Shown in pieces: positions 49,419 to 58,221 of a stretch of DNA of 64,000 bases. The DNA comes from an uncultured bacterium (GTDB lineage: Bacteria > Chloroflexota > UBA5177 > JANWHV01). The number at the start of each line of letters is the position of its first letter. Position 1 is the stretch's first letter. The notes below the pieces were generated by a model. That model worked only from the letters and a program-made list of their open reading frames with translations, was not told the DNA's origin and did no database searches. A program made the translations under genes and the position numbers. The DNA lies in contig CAVSOU010000008.1 in NCBI GenBank assembly GCA_963729625.1, positions 448,001 to 512,000 of the forward strand. Reading direction: 5' to 3'.

Positions 49419-51617
49419 TCACACCTGGTACTGGTGGCGGGCGATCACGTGGTCCTGGTACTCGGGCGCCAGCTCACAGAAGTAGCCGCTCCAGCCCCAC
49501 ACCCGCACGATCAGGTTGCGGTGCCGCTCGGGATGCGCTTTGGCGTCGAGCAGCGTCTCCAGGTTGAGCGTGTTGAGCTGCAGCTGCTGGCAGCCCAACT
49601 TGGCAAACGTGCGCACCAGCATCGCGCACTTGCTGCGCGCGTCTGGGTCGCGGAACGAGAGGTCCGATAGCTCCATGGTGATCGGTCCCCCGTTCATGAT
49701 TCGCTGGTAGTCGATGCGGCTGAACGCCTGCAGCACGCTGATCGGCCCGCGCACCGTTACGTTGGGTGACGGGGCCAGGTTGGCGCTGAACAGATCGCCC
49801 GTTCTCCGCCCGTCCGCGGTGGCGCCGATCGGCGGTGTGGCATCGCCCGGCTTGCCACGCGCCAGCCACACGTAGTACATCGCCGAGCCCGTGCCGGGCC
49901 GGATCCGCCCGCCTCGCCCGTTGTCGGCAATGCCCTCGCAGGCCTCCGCCACGTACTCGAGCAGACGCACCATCAGGTCGTTCGCCCGCCCGTCGCTGCA
50001 GACCTTGGGCGCCTCCTCCACGAGCTGTGTGCGCAGGTCCTCGAATCCGGCGAAGTCCTGCTCGAGCGCCGCGAGCAGCTCGGTCGCCCCTACCGTGCCC
50101 GTGTCGAACACCACGTGCTGCACGGCGGCCAAAGCATCCGCCGCGTTGGCCGCAGCCGCCGCGTGCAGGCCGAAGTTGTTGTACTTCAAGCCGCGCGAGA
50201 GGTCCCGTCCGGTCGCCAGGCAGCCGTCCATCAAGACGGAATAGAAGGGTGCCGGCGGCAGATAGAGCCGTCGATACGCGTCGACCAGGTCATGCACCTG
50301 CGCGGCAATCTCCTCCTTCGTGCGCTCCAGGATCCACGCGAAGGTCTGTCCGCCGGCAAGCCCCTGCCGGATGGCCCGGTCGGCGGCGAGCGGCAGCGAG
50401 ACGGCGCCGATGTTCACCACCTCCATGCCCTGGCCCGGCATGATGAACTCCCAGCAGGCAGCCACCGTGTAGTCACGCGCGTCCTCCAGGTCGTAGCCGT
50501 GCTCGGCCAGGGCGGGAATCACCACTGCGTCGTTGGAGTACTGCGGAAAGCCCAAACCCTGGCGCGTCAGCTCGGTGGCCAGCACCAGCAGCTGCAGGTC
50601 GGTATCGGGCGCGATGCGCAGGTTGATCTTGGGGTCGATCATGCTCGTGTAGAGCGCCACGCGCAGCACCATGCGGGTCAGCTCGTTCACGCCCTCGCTC
50701 CCGTCGCGCCTGACCCCGCCCAACACCATGGTCTGGCCGTTGTCGCCCTGCTGCACGCCCGGGTAGAGGTCGCTGTCCTTGTTGAGCTGGATGAAGAACT
50801 CGGCGAGTAGCTCCTCCGCATCGGCGATGCTCAGCCGTCCGGTATCCAGGTCACGTGCCAGATAGGGCCACATGTACTGGTCGAAGCGGCCAAGTCCCAC
50901 GTGGTAATGGCCTTCGAGCCACACCGTGGCATGCAGAAACCGCAACGCCTGCAGCGCCTCGCGGAAGGACCGCGGCGCTCGGGCCGGCACCTGGTCCAGC
51001 ACAGCCGCCACGTCGTCGCGCCCCAGCGCGCGTGCCGCCGCCGCGTAGCGCGTCGCCAGGTCGAGCACGGCGTCGATAGTCTGCATCGCACACGTCAAGA
51101 ACTCGCGAGCCTCGGCATCCTCCGTTTGCGCGAGCGTCGCCTCCGCGCGCTGACGGCGGGCGAGCAGGCCCTCCGAGATCACAGCCGCCCAGCCGGCGCA
51201 GATGTTGCTGATCGGGCCAAGCTCGTGCAACGTGCGACCCGCGGTGAGCGCGCGCCATGCCGCGTCATCGTACACTGGCGGCAAGTGGGTCGTGGTGCGC
51301 GTGAAGACGATACGCTCGTCCGGCAGGATCACAGGCTGCTCAAGCTCGAGGACCCGGCAGAACGCAGTGGCGATGCGGCTCGGCCAGGGCAGCGCTGGGT
51401 CGAGGTCGCAGAGCAGCTCCGGCGTCTCCAGGCGTCGCCACCGCTTTTGTTCTCCAGCCCGGAGGAACGCCTTGAGGCGGTCCAGGCGCTCGGTGCGAAA
51501 ACAGACACGCATTTCCGGGAGATCAGTGCTGGACGGAGCAACGGCGGATGCCGTGCCCGCATCGTTAGTCGCGGTCGACGCCTGCATGTCCCGACCAGCC
51601 TGCTGTAAGCCTTCCAT
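49419..51617 (-). CDS. Glycyl radical enzyme (PFL superfamily), subclass unknown
   Basis: GRFDQYM, Cys loop AACWE, ATADGR, QLQLN and Gly loop LIVRVWGWSGYF. Confidence 0.9.
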   Translation of the reverse strand: MEGLQQAGRDMQASTATNDAGTASAVAPSSTDLPEMRVCFRTERLDRLKAFLRAGEQKRWRRLETPELLCDLDPALPWPSRIATAFCRVLELEQPVILPDERIVFTRTTTHLPPVYDDAAWRALTAGRTLHELGPISNICAGWAAVISEGLLARRQRAEATLAQTEDAEAREFLTCAMQTIDAVLDLATRYAAAARALGRDDVAAVLDQVPARAPRSFREALQALRFLHATVWLEGHYHVGLGRFDQYMWPYLARDLDTGRLSIADAEELLAEFFIQLNKDSDLYPGVQQGDNGQTMVLGGVRRDGSEGVNELTRMVLRVALYTSMIDPKINLRIAPDTDLQLLVLATELTRQGLGFPQYSNDAVVIPALAEHGYDLEDARDYTVAACWEFIMPGQGMEVVNIGAVSLPLAADRAIRQGLAGGQTFAWILERTKEEIAAQVHDLVDAYRRLYLPPAPFYSVLMDGCLATGRDLSRGLKYNNFGLHAAAAANAADALAAVQHVVFDTGTVGATELLAALEQDFAGFEDLRTQLVEEAPKVCSDGRANDLMVRLLEYVAEACEGIADNGRGGRIRPGTGSAMYYVWLARGKPGDATPPIGATADGRRTGDLFSANLAPSPNVTVRGPISVLQAFSRIDYQRIMNGGPITMELSDLSFRDPDARSKCAMLVRTFAKLGCQQLQLNTLNLETLLDAKAHPERHRNLIVRVWGWSGYFCELAPEYQDHVIARHQYQV

Positions 51618-51776
51618 CCTGCTTGCTCTCTTCTCTACTCTTACCTTACGGCAAGACCGGTGGTCATTATGGCGGCCGTGATACGTCGCTGGAGGATAAC
51701 GTAGAAGATCAGGGACGGAGCTGCAACAAGGGCCGCTGCAGCCATCAGCAGGCCGAGGGTCTGATTCGGCGCGAAG

Positions 51777-52151
51777 TTGAGGGAAGTACTCTCGACCGGC
51801 GCCGTCGGAACGCTCCTCGCCAGTGTCGACGGCAGTTACGCCGACACCCGCAATCATGAGTTCGAATGCCTGGGGCTTGGAGGTAGAATTAGAGTAACGG
51901 ACGTGCTGCGGCAGTTCGAATGGTGCCCACGCGGCATGCGCGACGGCATCACTTGCTGGGAGCCGGGCTTCGTCGACGATCGCGAACGTGACTTCGGCGC
52001 CACGGCGGCCACCCATATCGATTGTTTCGTCAAAGCGCAGCAAGCCGGAGAACCGGTACCCGTCCCAGCCGAGGATGGGTATCAGGCGCTGAAACTCGGA
52101 CTGGCGGCGATAGAGTCGGCGGCGACCGGGCAGCGGGTACCGATTACGTGA
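51777..52151 (+). pseudogene. C-terminal remnant of a Gfo/Idh/MocA oxidoreductase
   Basis: GAVGTL...E.LG.GGRI...F.......GEPVPVPAEDGYQAL....AAIESAATGQRV; Rossmann N-terminus absent. Confidence 0.7.
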
Positions 52152-52173
52152 GATATGAGCGCAGGGAGTAACC

Positions 52174-54000
52174 ATGAGCACGCCGCGTCCGGAATATCCA
52201 CGTCCGCAGTTTGTCCGCTCCGATTGGCTGTGCCTCAACGGCGAGTGGCAGTTCGAGATCGATGCCGGCGATAGCGGGCTGGAGCGCGGCCTTCTGCATC
52301 GCGACCTGCAGGAGCGGATCGTCGTGCCGTTCTGTCCGGAGGCGCCGCTTTCAGGCATAGGAAACCCTGACTTCATGCACGCCGTGTGGTATCGCCGCAC
52401 CGTCCCGCTGCCCGCCGAATGGGCAGGCCGGCGCGTGCTGCTGCATCTGCAAGCTGTTGACTACGACGCCACGGTTTGGGTCAACGGCGTGGAAGTGGCC
52501 CGCCATCGCGGCGGCTTCACGCCCATCGCCGGCGACCTGCACGGCATCGCCGCGCCCGGAGAGACGATTACCATTGTGGCTCGCGCGCGCGACGATTACC
52601 GCGTTCCCCAGCCGCGGGGCAAGCAGGCGGAGCTGTACGACAACAATCGGTGCGATTACACCCGTACCACCGGGATCTGGCAGACTGTCTGGCTGGAGCC
52701 AGTTCCCGATTGCCACTTGCTGCGACCGCGACTAACTCCTGATGTTGCCAACAGCGTCATCCGCCTCGAGCAGCCGCTGACTGATAACCGCCATGGCTAT
52801 CGCGTGCGCGCCTCGTTGCGCGATTCCCAAGGCGTGGTCGCCACCGCCGAGTGTGCCGCCGACTTCGACCGTGCGCCGCGACTTGACCTGGCGATTCCGG
52901 CCGAGCGACGCCATCTCTGGGCGCCCGGCGATCCGCACCTGTACGACGTCGAAATCGAGCTTGTCGACGCCGAAGGTCGCACGATAGATCGCGCGGCCTC
53001 CTATACGGGCTTGCGCAGCGTGGCCATCGATGGGCCGGCGATCAAGATCAACGGGCAGACCATTTTCCAGCGGCTTGTACTCGACCAGGGATACTACCGC
53101 GACGGCATCCTCACCGCACCCAGCGATGAGGCTCTGCGCCGGGATATCGAGCTGAGCCTCGCTGCCGGCTTCAATGGGGCACGGCTCCACCAGAAAGTCT
53201 TCGAGGAGCGCTTCCTTTATCACGCCGACCGCCTGGGCTACCTGGTTTGGAGCGAATTCCCCGACTGGGGCTGCGCCGGCTTTGGACCGGCGGATAACCA
53301 TCAGCGGCCAGGCGCGACCTACGTCACGCAGTGGCTGGAGGCCATCCAACGCGACTACTCGCATCCCTGCATTGTCGGCTGGTGTCCGCTGAACGAGACC
53401 CACCAAGCGATTTCCGACCATATCACAGTGCTGGACGACGTGACCCGTGGCATGTTCCTTGCGGCAAAAGCGCTGGATACGACGCGCCCGGTGTTGGACA
53501 CATCGGGCTACGCTCACCGCGTTCCTGAGGCGGACGTCTACGACTGCCACGACTATGAACAGAATCCGGCTACGTTCAGGGAACACTACCGACGCGATAC
53601 CGCGGCCCGGGGACCGGCCTTTGTGTCCAGCGACGAGCATCTTCTCGGGTCCATCCCCTATCGGGGCCAGCCGTTCTTCGTCAGCGAGTTTGGCGGCATC
53701 TGGTGGAATTCTCAGGCCAAGCCGGACGACCATTCGTGGGGCTATGGCGAGCGCCCGACCAGTCTTGAGGCGTTTTATGAGCGCTTTGCCGGTCTGGTCG
53801 ACACGCTTCTCGACGACCCCGCCATGTTCGGCTACTGTTACACCCAGCTGACCGACGTCTTCCAAGAGCAGAACGGCATCTACACGTTCGATCGAGGTGA
53901 AAAGTTCGACATGGCGCGGATACGCCAGGTGCAGCAGCGGCGCGCCACGATTGAACGGGCAGCACCTGTAGACGACCGTCTTCGTCGGCTTGAACCGTGA
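52174..54000 (+). CDS. Glycoside hydrolase family 2
   Basis: PRPEYPRPQF, LNGEWQF, AVDY, HRGGFTP, GIWQTVWLE, LDQGY, WCPLNE, SEFGG and YTQLTDVFQEQNG. Confidence 0.93.
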   Translation: MSTPRPEYPRPQFVRSDWLCLNGEWQFEIDAGDSGLERGLLHRDLQERIVVPFCPEAPLSGIGNPDFMHAVWYRRTVPLPAEWAGRRVLLHLQAVDYDATVWVNGVEVARHRGGFTPIAGDLHGIAAPGETITIVARARDDYRVPQPRGKQAELYDNNRCDYTRTTGIWQTVWLEPVPDCHLLRPRLTPDVANSVIRLEQPLTDNRHGYRVRASLRDSQGVVATAECAADFDRAPRLDLAIPAERRHLWAPGDPHLYDVEIELVDAEGRTIDRAASYTGLRSVAIDGPAIKINGQTIFQRLVLDQGYYRDGILTAPSDEALRRDIELSLAAGFNGARLHQKVFEERFLYHADRLGYLVWSEFPDWGCAGFGPADNHQRPGATYVTQWLEAIQRDYSHPCIVGWCPLNETHQAISDHITVLDDVTRGMFLAAKALDTTRPVLDTSGYAHRVPEADVYDCHDYEQNPATFREHYRRDTAARGPAFVSSDEHLLGSIPYRGQPFFVSEFGGIWWNSQAKPDDHSWGYGERPTSLEAFYERFAGLVDTLLDDPAMFGYCYTQLTDVFQEQNGIYTFDRGEKFDMARIRQVQQRRATIERAAPVDDRLRRLEP

Positions 54001-54139
54001 AGGCGTTCATCACGACGGTCTCCCATAGAGCTGTTGCTGTCTGGAACAGAACAACGCGGCGTGCGTTCGGTGCCAGCGGCGATCGGAAGTATGGGTGAGG
54101 AGAATTCTTTGAAGGTCAGCGACGACGTGGTGTTCTCTT

Positions 54140-55318
54140 CTACACGGACTGGGCCGCCGGATCGAACGGGAGGCGGACCGGCTTGCCGTTATCGAGCGAC
54201 GACTGATGAAGCGCGACGACGATCTCCTGATCCAGGCGAGCCTGCGCCGCTCCGTAACTGGGTTCGGACTTCTGTCGTACCGCCGTGATCAGGCTCATGA
54301 TGCAGCACGCAACGCCGATTTCGTCGTCATGCCATTGCGCGCCATGGGCCAGCATGGCTTCGAGCACCGGGTTGTCCCAACGCACTATTGGCGCCTCCGG
54401 GTCGCCGGTGTGCGCGACCATCGCCACCAGCGCCCCGCCGTCGATGCGTTCCCAACGGCGCTCGACGGTCAGGAACCGCGGGCCTTCGCCCCCGGCCGCC
54501 ACGAGCGAGAGCTGTTCCTGCACATCCAGTCCGACCCCGACGGTGATTCCCATGCCCTTCTCGGCCAGGAATCGACTGCTGCGCCACCAACGCAATGCCG
54601 AATCGTAGCCGACGTCGGTCCAGTGGAACAAGCCCAGCCTGCCGTCGGCGAATTCGACTATGCCATGCTCCTGCGTCTCCGTGCGCGCATCCCTGGTGTT
54701 CGCCAGCGGGCTCCAGTGCGGGGCAAGCTCGTACGACTGGACCGCGCCCGTCACCTGCACCGGCACGGCGTCGAAGCCGAGGTAGCTGCGCATCACGCTC
54801 ACGCCGTGGTAGCCATGCCCGGCGAAATCATTGAATGACGAATACACCTTGCCGAAAAGACCGGATGCGATGAGACGCAGCTTGAGTTGCTCGAGCGGTC
54901 GCCGATGGAACTGCTCAGCTACCTCGATCGTGACCGCCTGTCGAGCTGCCGCCGCGATAATGGCGTCGGCCTCGCTGAGTTTGTGCGCGATCGGAGTTTC
55001 CAGCAGCACATGCAGACCGTGTTCGACCGCCATCAATCCCACGGCGCCATTGGCGGCATAGGCGGTGGAGACAATGCCGATCTCGGGCGCGGCTTCCCGC
55101 AAGAGTTGCGCCATATCGGTGTACCAGGGAACGCCAAGGCGCTCGCCAAGGTTCCGCGCGGAGCCGGTACTGCGTCCCCAAACGCCCACGAGATCGGCCT
55201 CGGCACTCAACACGCGCAGGAGGGGGCCGTACAGATACGCGGATCGCGCTCCAGTGCCGATGATCGCGACGCGCAGCGGCCGCTTTGCCGTGGTGTCCTG
55301 GGCCATGTGTCCCTCCAT
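54140..55318 (-). CDS. Gfo/Idh/MocA family oxidoreductase
   Basis: RVAIIGTG, GLHVLLETP (variant of EKP) and GHGYH. Confidence 0.85.
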   Translation of the reverse strand: MEGHMAQDTTAKRPLRVAIIGTGARSAYLYGPLLRVLSAEADLVGVWGRSTGSARNLGERLGVPWYTDMAQLLREAAPEIGIVSTAYAANGAVGLMAVEHGLHVLLETPIAHKLSEADAIIAAAARQAVTIEVAEQFHRRPLEQLKLRLIASGLFGKVYSSFNDFAGHGYHGVSVMRSYLGFDAVPVQVTGAVQSYELAPHWSPLANTRDARTETQEHGIVEFADGRLGLFHWTDVGYDSALRWWRSSRFLAEKGMGITVGVGLDVQEQLSLVAAGGEGPRFLTVERRWERIDGGALVAMVAHTGDPEAPIVRWDNPVLEAMLAHGAQWHDDEIGVACCIMSLITAVRQKSEPSYGAAQARLDQEIVVALHQSSLDNGKPVRLPFDPAAQSV

Positions 55319-55320
55319 GT

Positions 55321-55641
55321 CTACACGCCGCCGACGTACGACAACGCTGCCCTGGCGTAGTCCATCCAGGAATCCGCATGTTCAACAGGCACGACGACCC
55401 ATTCCTTCATTGCTCGCCCCATTTCACCTGGGTCGAAGAGATGAGCACCGGCTAAGGCAAGCGCCTGGGCGTGCGTTGCGCCGCTGAGCTTGAAGATCAT
55501 GGCGTCGCGGTAGAACCCGGCAAAGACTTTGCTGCCGATCTTGAGGCAGGGCATGCCGAACATCTTGCCCTGCGCGGCTTCCGTCATTGCCATGAGCGCG
55601 GAACACACCTCGTCGTAGGCGGTCTTCGCATCTTCTGGCAT
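55321..55641 (-). CDS. TfoX-N-like small protein
   Basis: GKMFGMPCLK..KVFA and GRAMKEWVVV; SD AAGGAGG. Confidence 0.75.
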   Translation of the reverse strand: MPEDAKTAYDEVCSALMAMTEAAQGKMFGMPCLKIGSKVFAGFYRDAMIFKLSGATHAQALALAGAHLFDPGEMGRAMKEWVVVPVEHADSWMDYARAALSYVGGV

Positions 55642-55896
55642 CGCACTGTTCCTCCTTGCCAATCGAGCGAGCTTCAGCGATCTTCGGAGGCCGGACTTCC
55701 CGGCGTGCCGTCTCACCCTCGATTATAGGGTCACAAGGCTGTCCCGGCGTACCATGAATTGAGGAAAGGAACACTGTGGAGCGCCGTCGCGCGCATGGTG
55801 CTGGTGATCTCGCCACGGAGCGACATAGACATTCGGGCTGAGTACCTCTCGCAAGGGTCCTATCGCTGCCGCCTCATGGCCTCACTGAACTGGCTC

Positions 55897-56568
55897 TCAA
55901 GGCAGCACCTCGAGCGTTGCAACTCTCGCGCTCGGTGAGAACAGCAACACGTTTTCGCGAATGTCCTCGAGATGCGAGGCGACCGCCACCCTGTCCACGC
56001 CGGGCGGCGCGTACACCACGTAGAGCGCGCCGGTCGTCTGAATGCCGATCTTGCTCCGCGCGTCCGGACCATGAAGCACGGCGGAGAGTATCCCTTCTCC
56101 GTCTTCGACGTACATGTCGCCCGCGGTCAAGACCTGGGTTCTGCCGCTGATCGTGACGCACTCCTCATCGCCGGCGGCCACGGTTGCGCGCAGCGGCGGT
56201 CTCAGCGTCGATCGGTCGTGGCCGGCCGTCAGAATCTGATTCTTGAGCTCGGCCATGAACATCGCCTCGACCAAGCAATTGGCGCGCGGAATGTCGCGTT
56301 CGCCGGACACGATCGATTCCAGCTGCAGCAGCACGTGATAGGTCTTGCGAAAGCGCTTGTAGTACGAGATATACGATCGAAGCGGCTCGGTTTGGAGCAG
56401 GTCCGTCCGCGCCAACCCTTTGAAGCGTTCCCGCAATCGTGTCTCGAGCGCCATCTTCTGGTCGTTCAGACGCGGATCGGCGTCGCTATTGGTCACGTTT
56501 TCCAGTGCCAGAATGCCCATAAACGCTTCGGGATAGGCTTCGCGAAATGCGGCGCTGACTTCCAACAT
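55897..56568 (-). CDS. B3/B4 domain (PheRS-like tRNA editing) protein
   Basis: Y..YYKRF, N.LV, GHD and GDMYVEDGEGILS. Confidence 0.8.
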   Translation of the reverse strand: MLEVSAAFREAYPEAFMGILALENVTNSDADPRLNDQKMALETRLRERFKGLARTDLLQTEPLRSYISYYKRFRKTYHVLLQLESIVSGERDIPRANCLVEAMFMAELKNQILTAGHDRSTLRPPLRATVAAGDEECVTISGRTQVLTAGDMYVEDGEGILSAVLHGPDARSKIGIQTTGALYVVYAPPGVDRVAVASHLEDIRENVLLFSPSARVATLEVLP

Positions 56569-56642
56569 CGTCGGTCACCAAGGCCCTTTTCTTTCTTCAC
56601 GGACTACGTCGTAGCGAGTCCAACCTGCAGAGCGAAATCCCG

Positions 56643-56924
56643 TCACTGATAGAACGGCGCGGCAGCCATTGTCACCGTTCTCACGGCTTGCATAATACCG
56701 GCAAACTGTCGCAGATCCACCGTCTGCGCCGCGTCGCTCAACACTCGGTCCGGCGCCGGATGCACCTCGATGACCAATCCTGCCGCTCCGGCGGCGATCG
56801 CCGCCGGCGACATCGGCTGGATCAGCGATCGCTTGCCTGTGGCGTGGCAGGGACCGACGATCACTGGCAGATGCGTGAGCTCGCGCAGCAGTGGCACCGC
56901 GCTGAGGTCGAGCTGATGGCGCAA
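56643..56924 (-). pseudogene. C-terminal remnant of a type I-beta DAHP synthase
   Basis: LDLSAVP..RELTHLPVIVGPCHATG (canonical DPSH degraded), IEVHP.PD..LSD; N-terminal two thirds missing. Confidence 0.8.
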
Positions 56925-56939
56925 GGTGGCATCAAAGCC

Positions 56940-57557
56940 CTACTTCCAGATGGTTGCGATTGAAATTGCGAAGATACTGATCGGCCTGTAGTTCTTATCG
57001 ACCTTCACGACCGTGGCATACTGGACGGCGCCCTGCGGCTGCGGGCTGCCGATCGCCTCATTGCGATTCGTGCATCCATAGTTGATCCGCTGATTCGCGA
57101 CTTCCCCGGTTGCTCCGGTGAGAAAACCACATATCGTGCCGTCCCCGAGCTTGAACATCCAGGCTTGCGCGTTAAGCGCGGGCGCATGCGCGGGCAACGG
57201 GCCCGGCAGCACGACCACGATGCCGGTGGGGTGCGTCGGATCGGCGTCGCAGATAACCCTGCTGGCGTGCTGCGCCAGGCTGAAGCACGGGTCAAAGATC
57301 TCGTTGCCGACCATGCATCGCCAGGCATCGGAACGATCGAGTGCCAGAGATTCGCCCATGTCGCATGTTCCTTGGCGCGGCGATCCAACCGTGCCGGCGG
57401 GATGAAATACCACGACCTTGGTAGGTGGCACGGCGCCAAGCGCGCCGCCCGCGGCGTGTACCGAAGTTTCGTGGGGAGCGAAAGCAATGCCGCTGCACGC
57501 CACGAGCAGGGCAAGCAAGACAACACCGAACAGCCGCTGTCGCCGTGTTGGCGCCAT
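56940..57557 (-). CDS. Secreted Cys-rich hypothetical protein
   Basis: Signal peptide; AWRC..IFDPCF, TICGF.TGAT and NYGC. Confidence 0.7.
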   Translation of the reverse strand: MAPTRRQRLFGVVLLALLVACSGIAFAPHETSVHAAGGALGAVPPTKVVVFHPAGTVGSPRQGTCDMGESLALDRSDAWRCMVGNEIFDPCFSLAQHASRVICDADPTHPTGIVVVLPGPLPAHAPALNAQAWMFKLGDGTICGFLTGATGEVANQRINYGCTNRNEAIGSPQPQGAVQYATVVKVDKNYRPISIFAISIATIWK

Positions 57558-57632
57558 GACACGTTCTCCTCTCAAAGCACTGCACGCACCATAGGAGCTC
57601 ATTGAGCCGTACCACCAGATATGCGTAGTTGC

Positions 57633-57651
57633 TATACTCCCGACAAGTATA
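57633..57651. promoter_or_regulatory. Candidate CsoR operator overlapping a -10-like TATACT
   Basis: TATACT-CCCGACA-AGTATA inverted repeat 25 bp upstream of csoR, resembling ATAC-(C/G)-GTAT CsoR boxes. Confidence 0.55.
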
Positions 57652-57675
57652 CGGCATACAAGGGAGAATTGAGAC

Positions 57676-57966
57676 GTGCCCAAGCATGTTCCAGTTGAAT
57701 ATGCGCGCGACAAGCAGGACCTCCTGCGCCGCCTGCGCAAGGTCGAAGGCCAGGTGCGCGGCCTGCAGCAAATGATCGAGGACGACCGTTATTGCCTGGA
57801 TATCGTTCAGCAGGTCAGCGCCCTGTCTGCAGCCGCGCGCAAGGTCGCGCTGATCGTGCTTGAAGACCACCTGCGCGGCTGCCTCGTGACCGCCGTCAAG
57901 CGAGAGGGAGAGGACGCAGCGTTACAAGAGATGGTAACGGTGCTGGATAAGGCGCTACATCCCTAG
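57676..57966 (+). CDS. csoR: CsoR/RcnR-family metal-sensing repressor
   Basis: RRLRKVEGQVRGLQQMIE, YC.D and HLRGC (Cys-His-Cys set intact). Confidence 0.9.
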   Translation: MPKHVPVEYARDKQDLLRRLRKVEGQVRGLQQMIEDDRYCLDIVQQVSALSAAARKVALIVLEDHLRGCLVTAVKREGEDAALQEMVTVLDKALHP

Positions 57967-58127
57967 CCCACCGATGTATGAGCCCGGTGTATGCCCCAGG
58001 GCCCAAAGAAATAGTCGAACCTCTGCTTAAGAGCTGATGGCAGGGTTCTCGCCGGATGAATCCGCCCGCCGTCACGTCCATCCGGATCTATCCGGAGGCG
58101 GCTTGGGGCTGCTTGAAGACCGTGGGC
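57966..58127. ncRNA. Candidate structured intergenic RNA (possibly 6S-like)
   Basis: Nested complementarities: GCCCAC/GTGGGC, GCCCCAGG/CTTGGGGC, GAACC(T)CTGC/GCAGGGTTC and CCGGATG/CATCCGG. Confidence 0.25.
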
Positions 58128-58221
58128 GTATGCCCGACCGGATACGTGGAAACGGCCTGTGGTGTGGTAGGATGAGTGCGGCACACCGACGTCCTCTCCT
58201 GCGAATAGGTTGAACCACACC

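Noticed and set aside
49419-52400. 993-aa GRE with a long N-terminal extension; likewise the extended starts of 38800-41160, 47150-48667 and 3671-6298
   Set aside because: The extensions overlap genes on the other strand or look non-coding; downstream starts fit the motifs and SD sites better.
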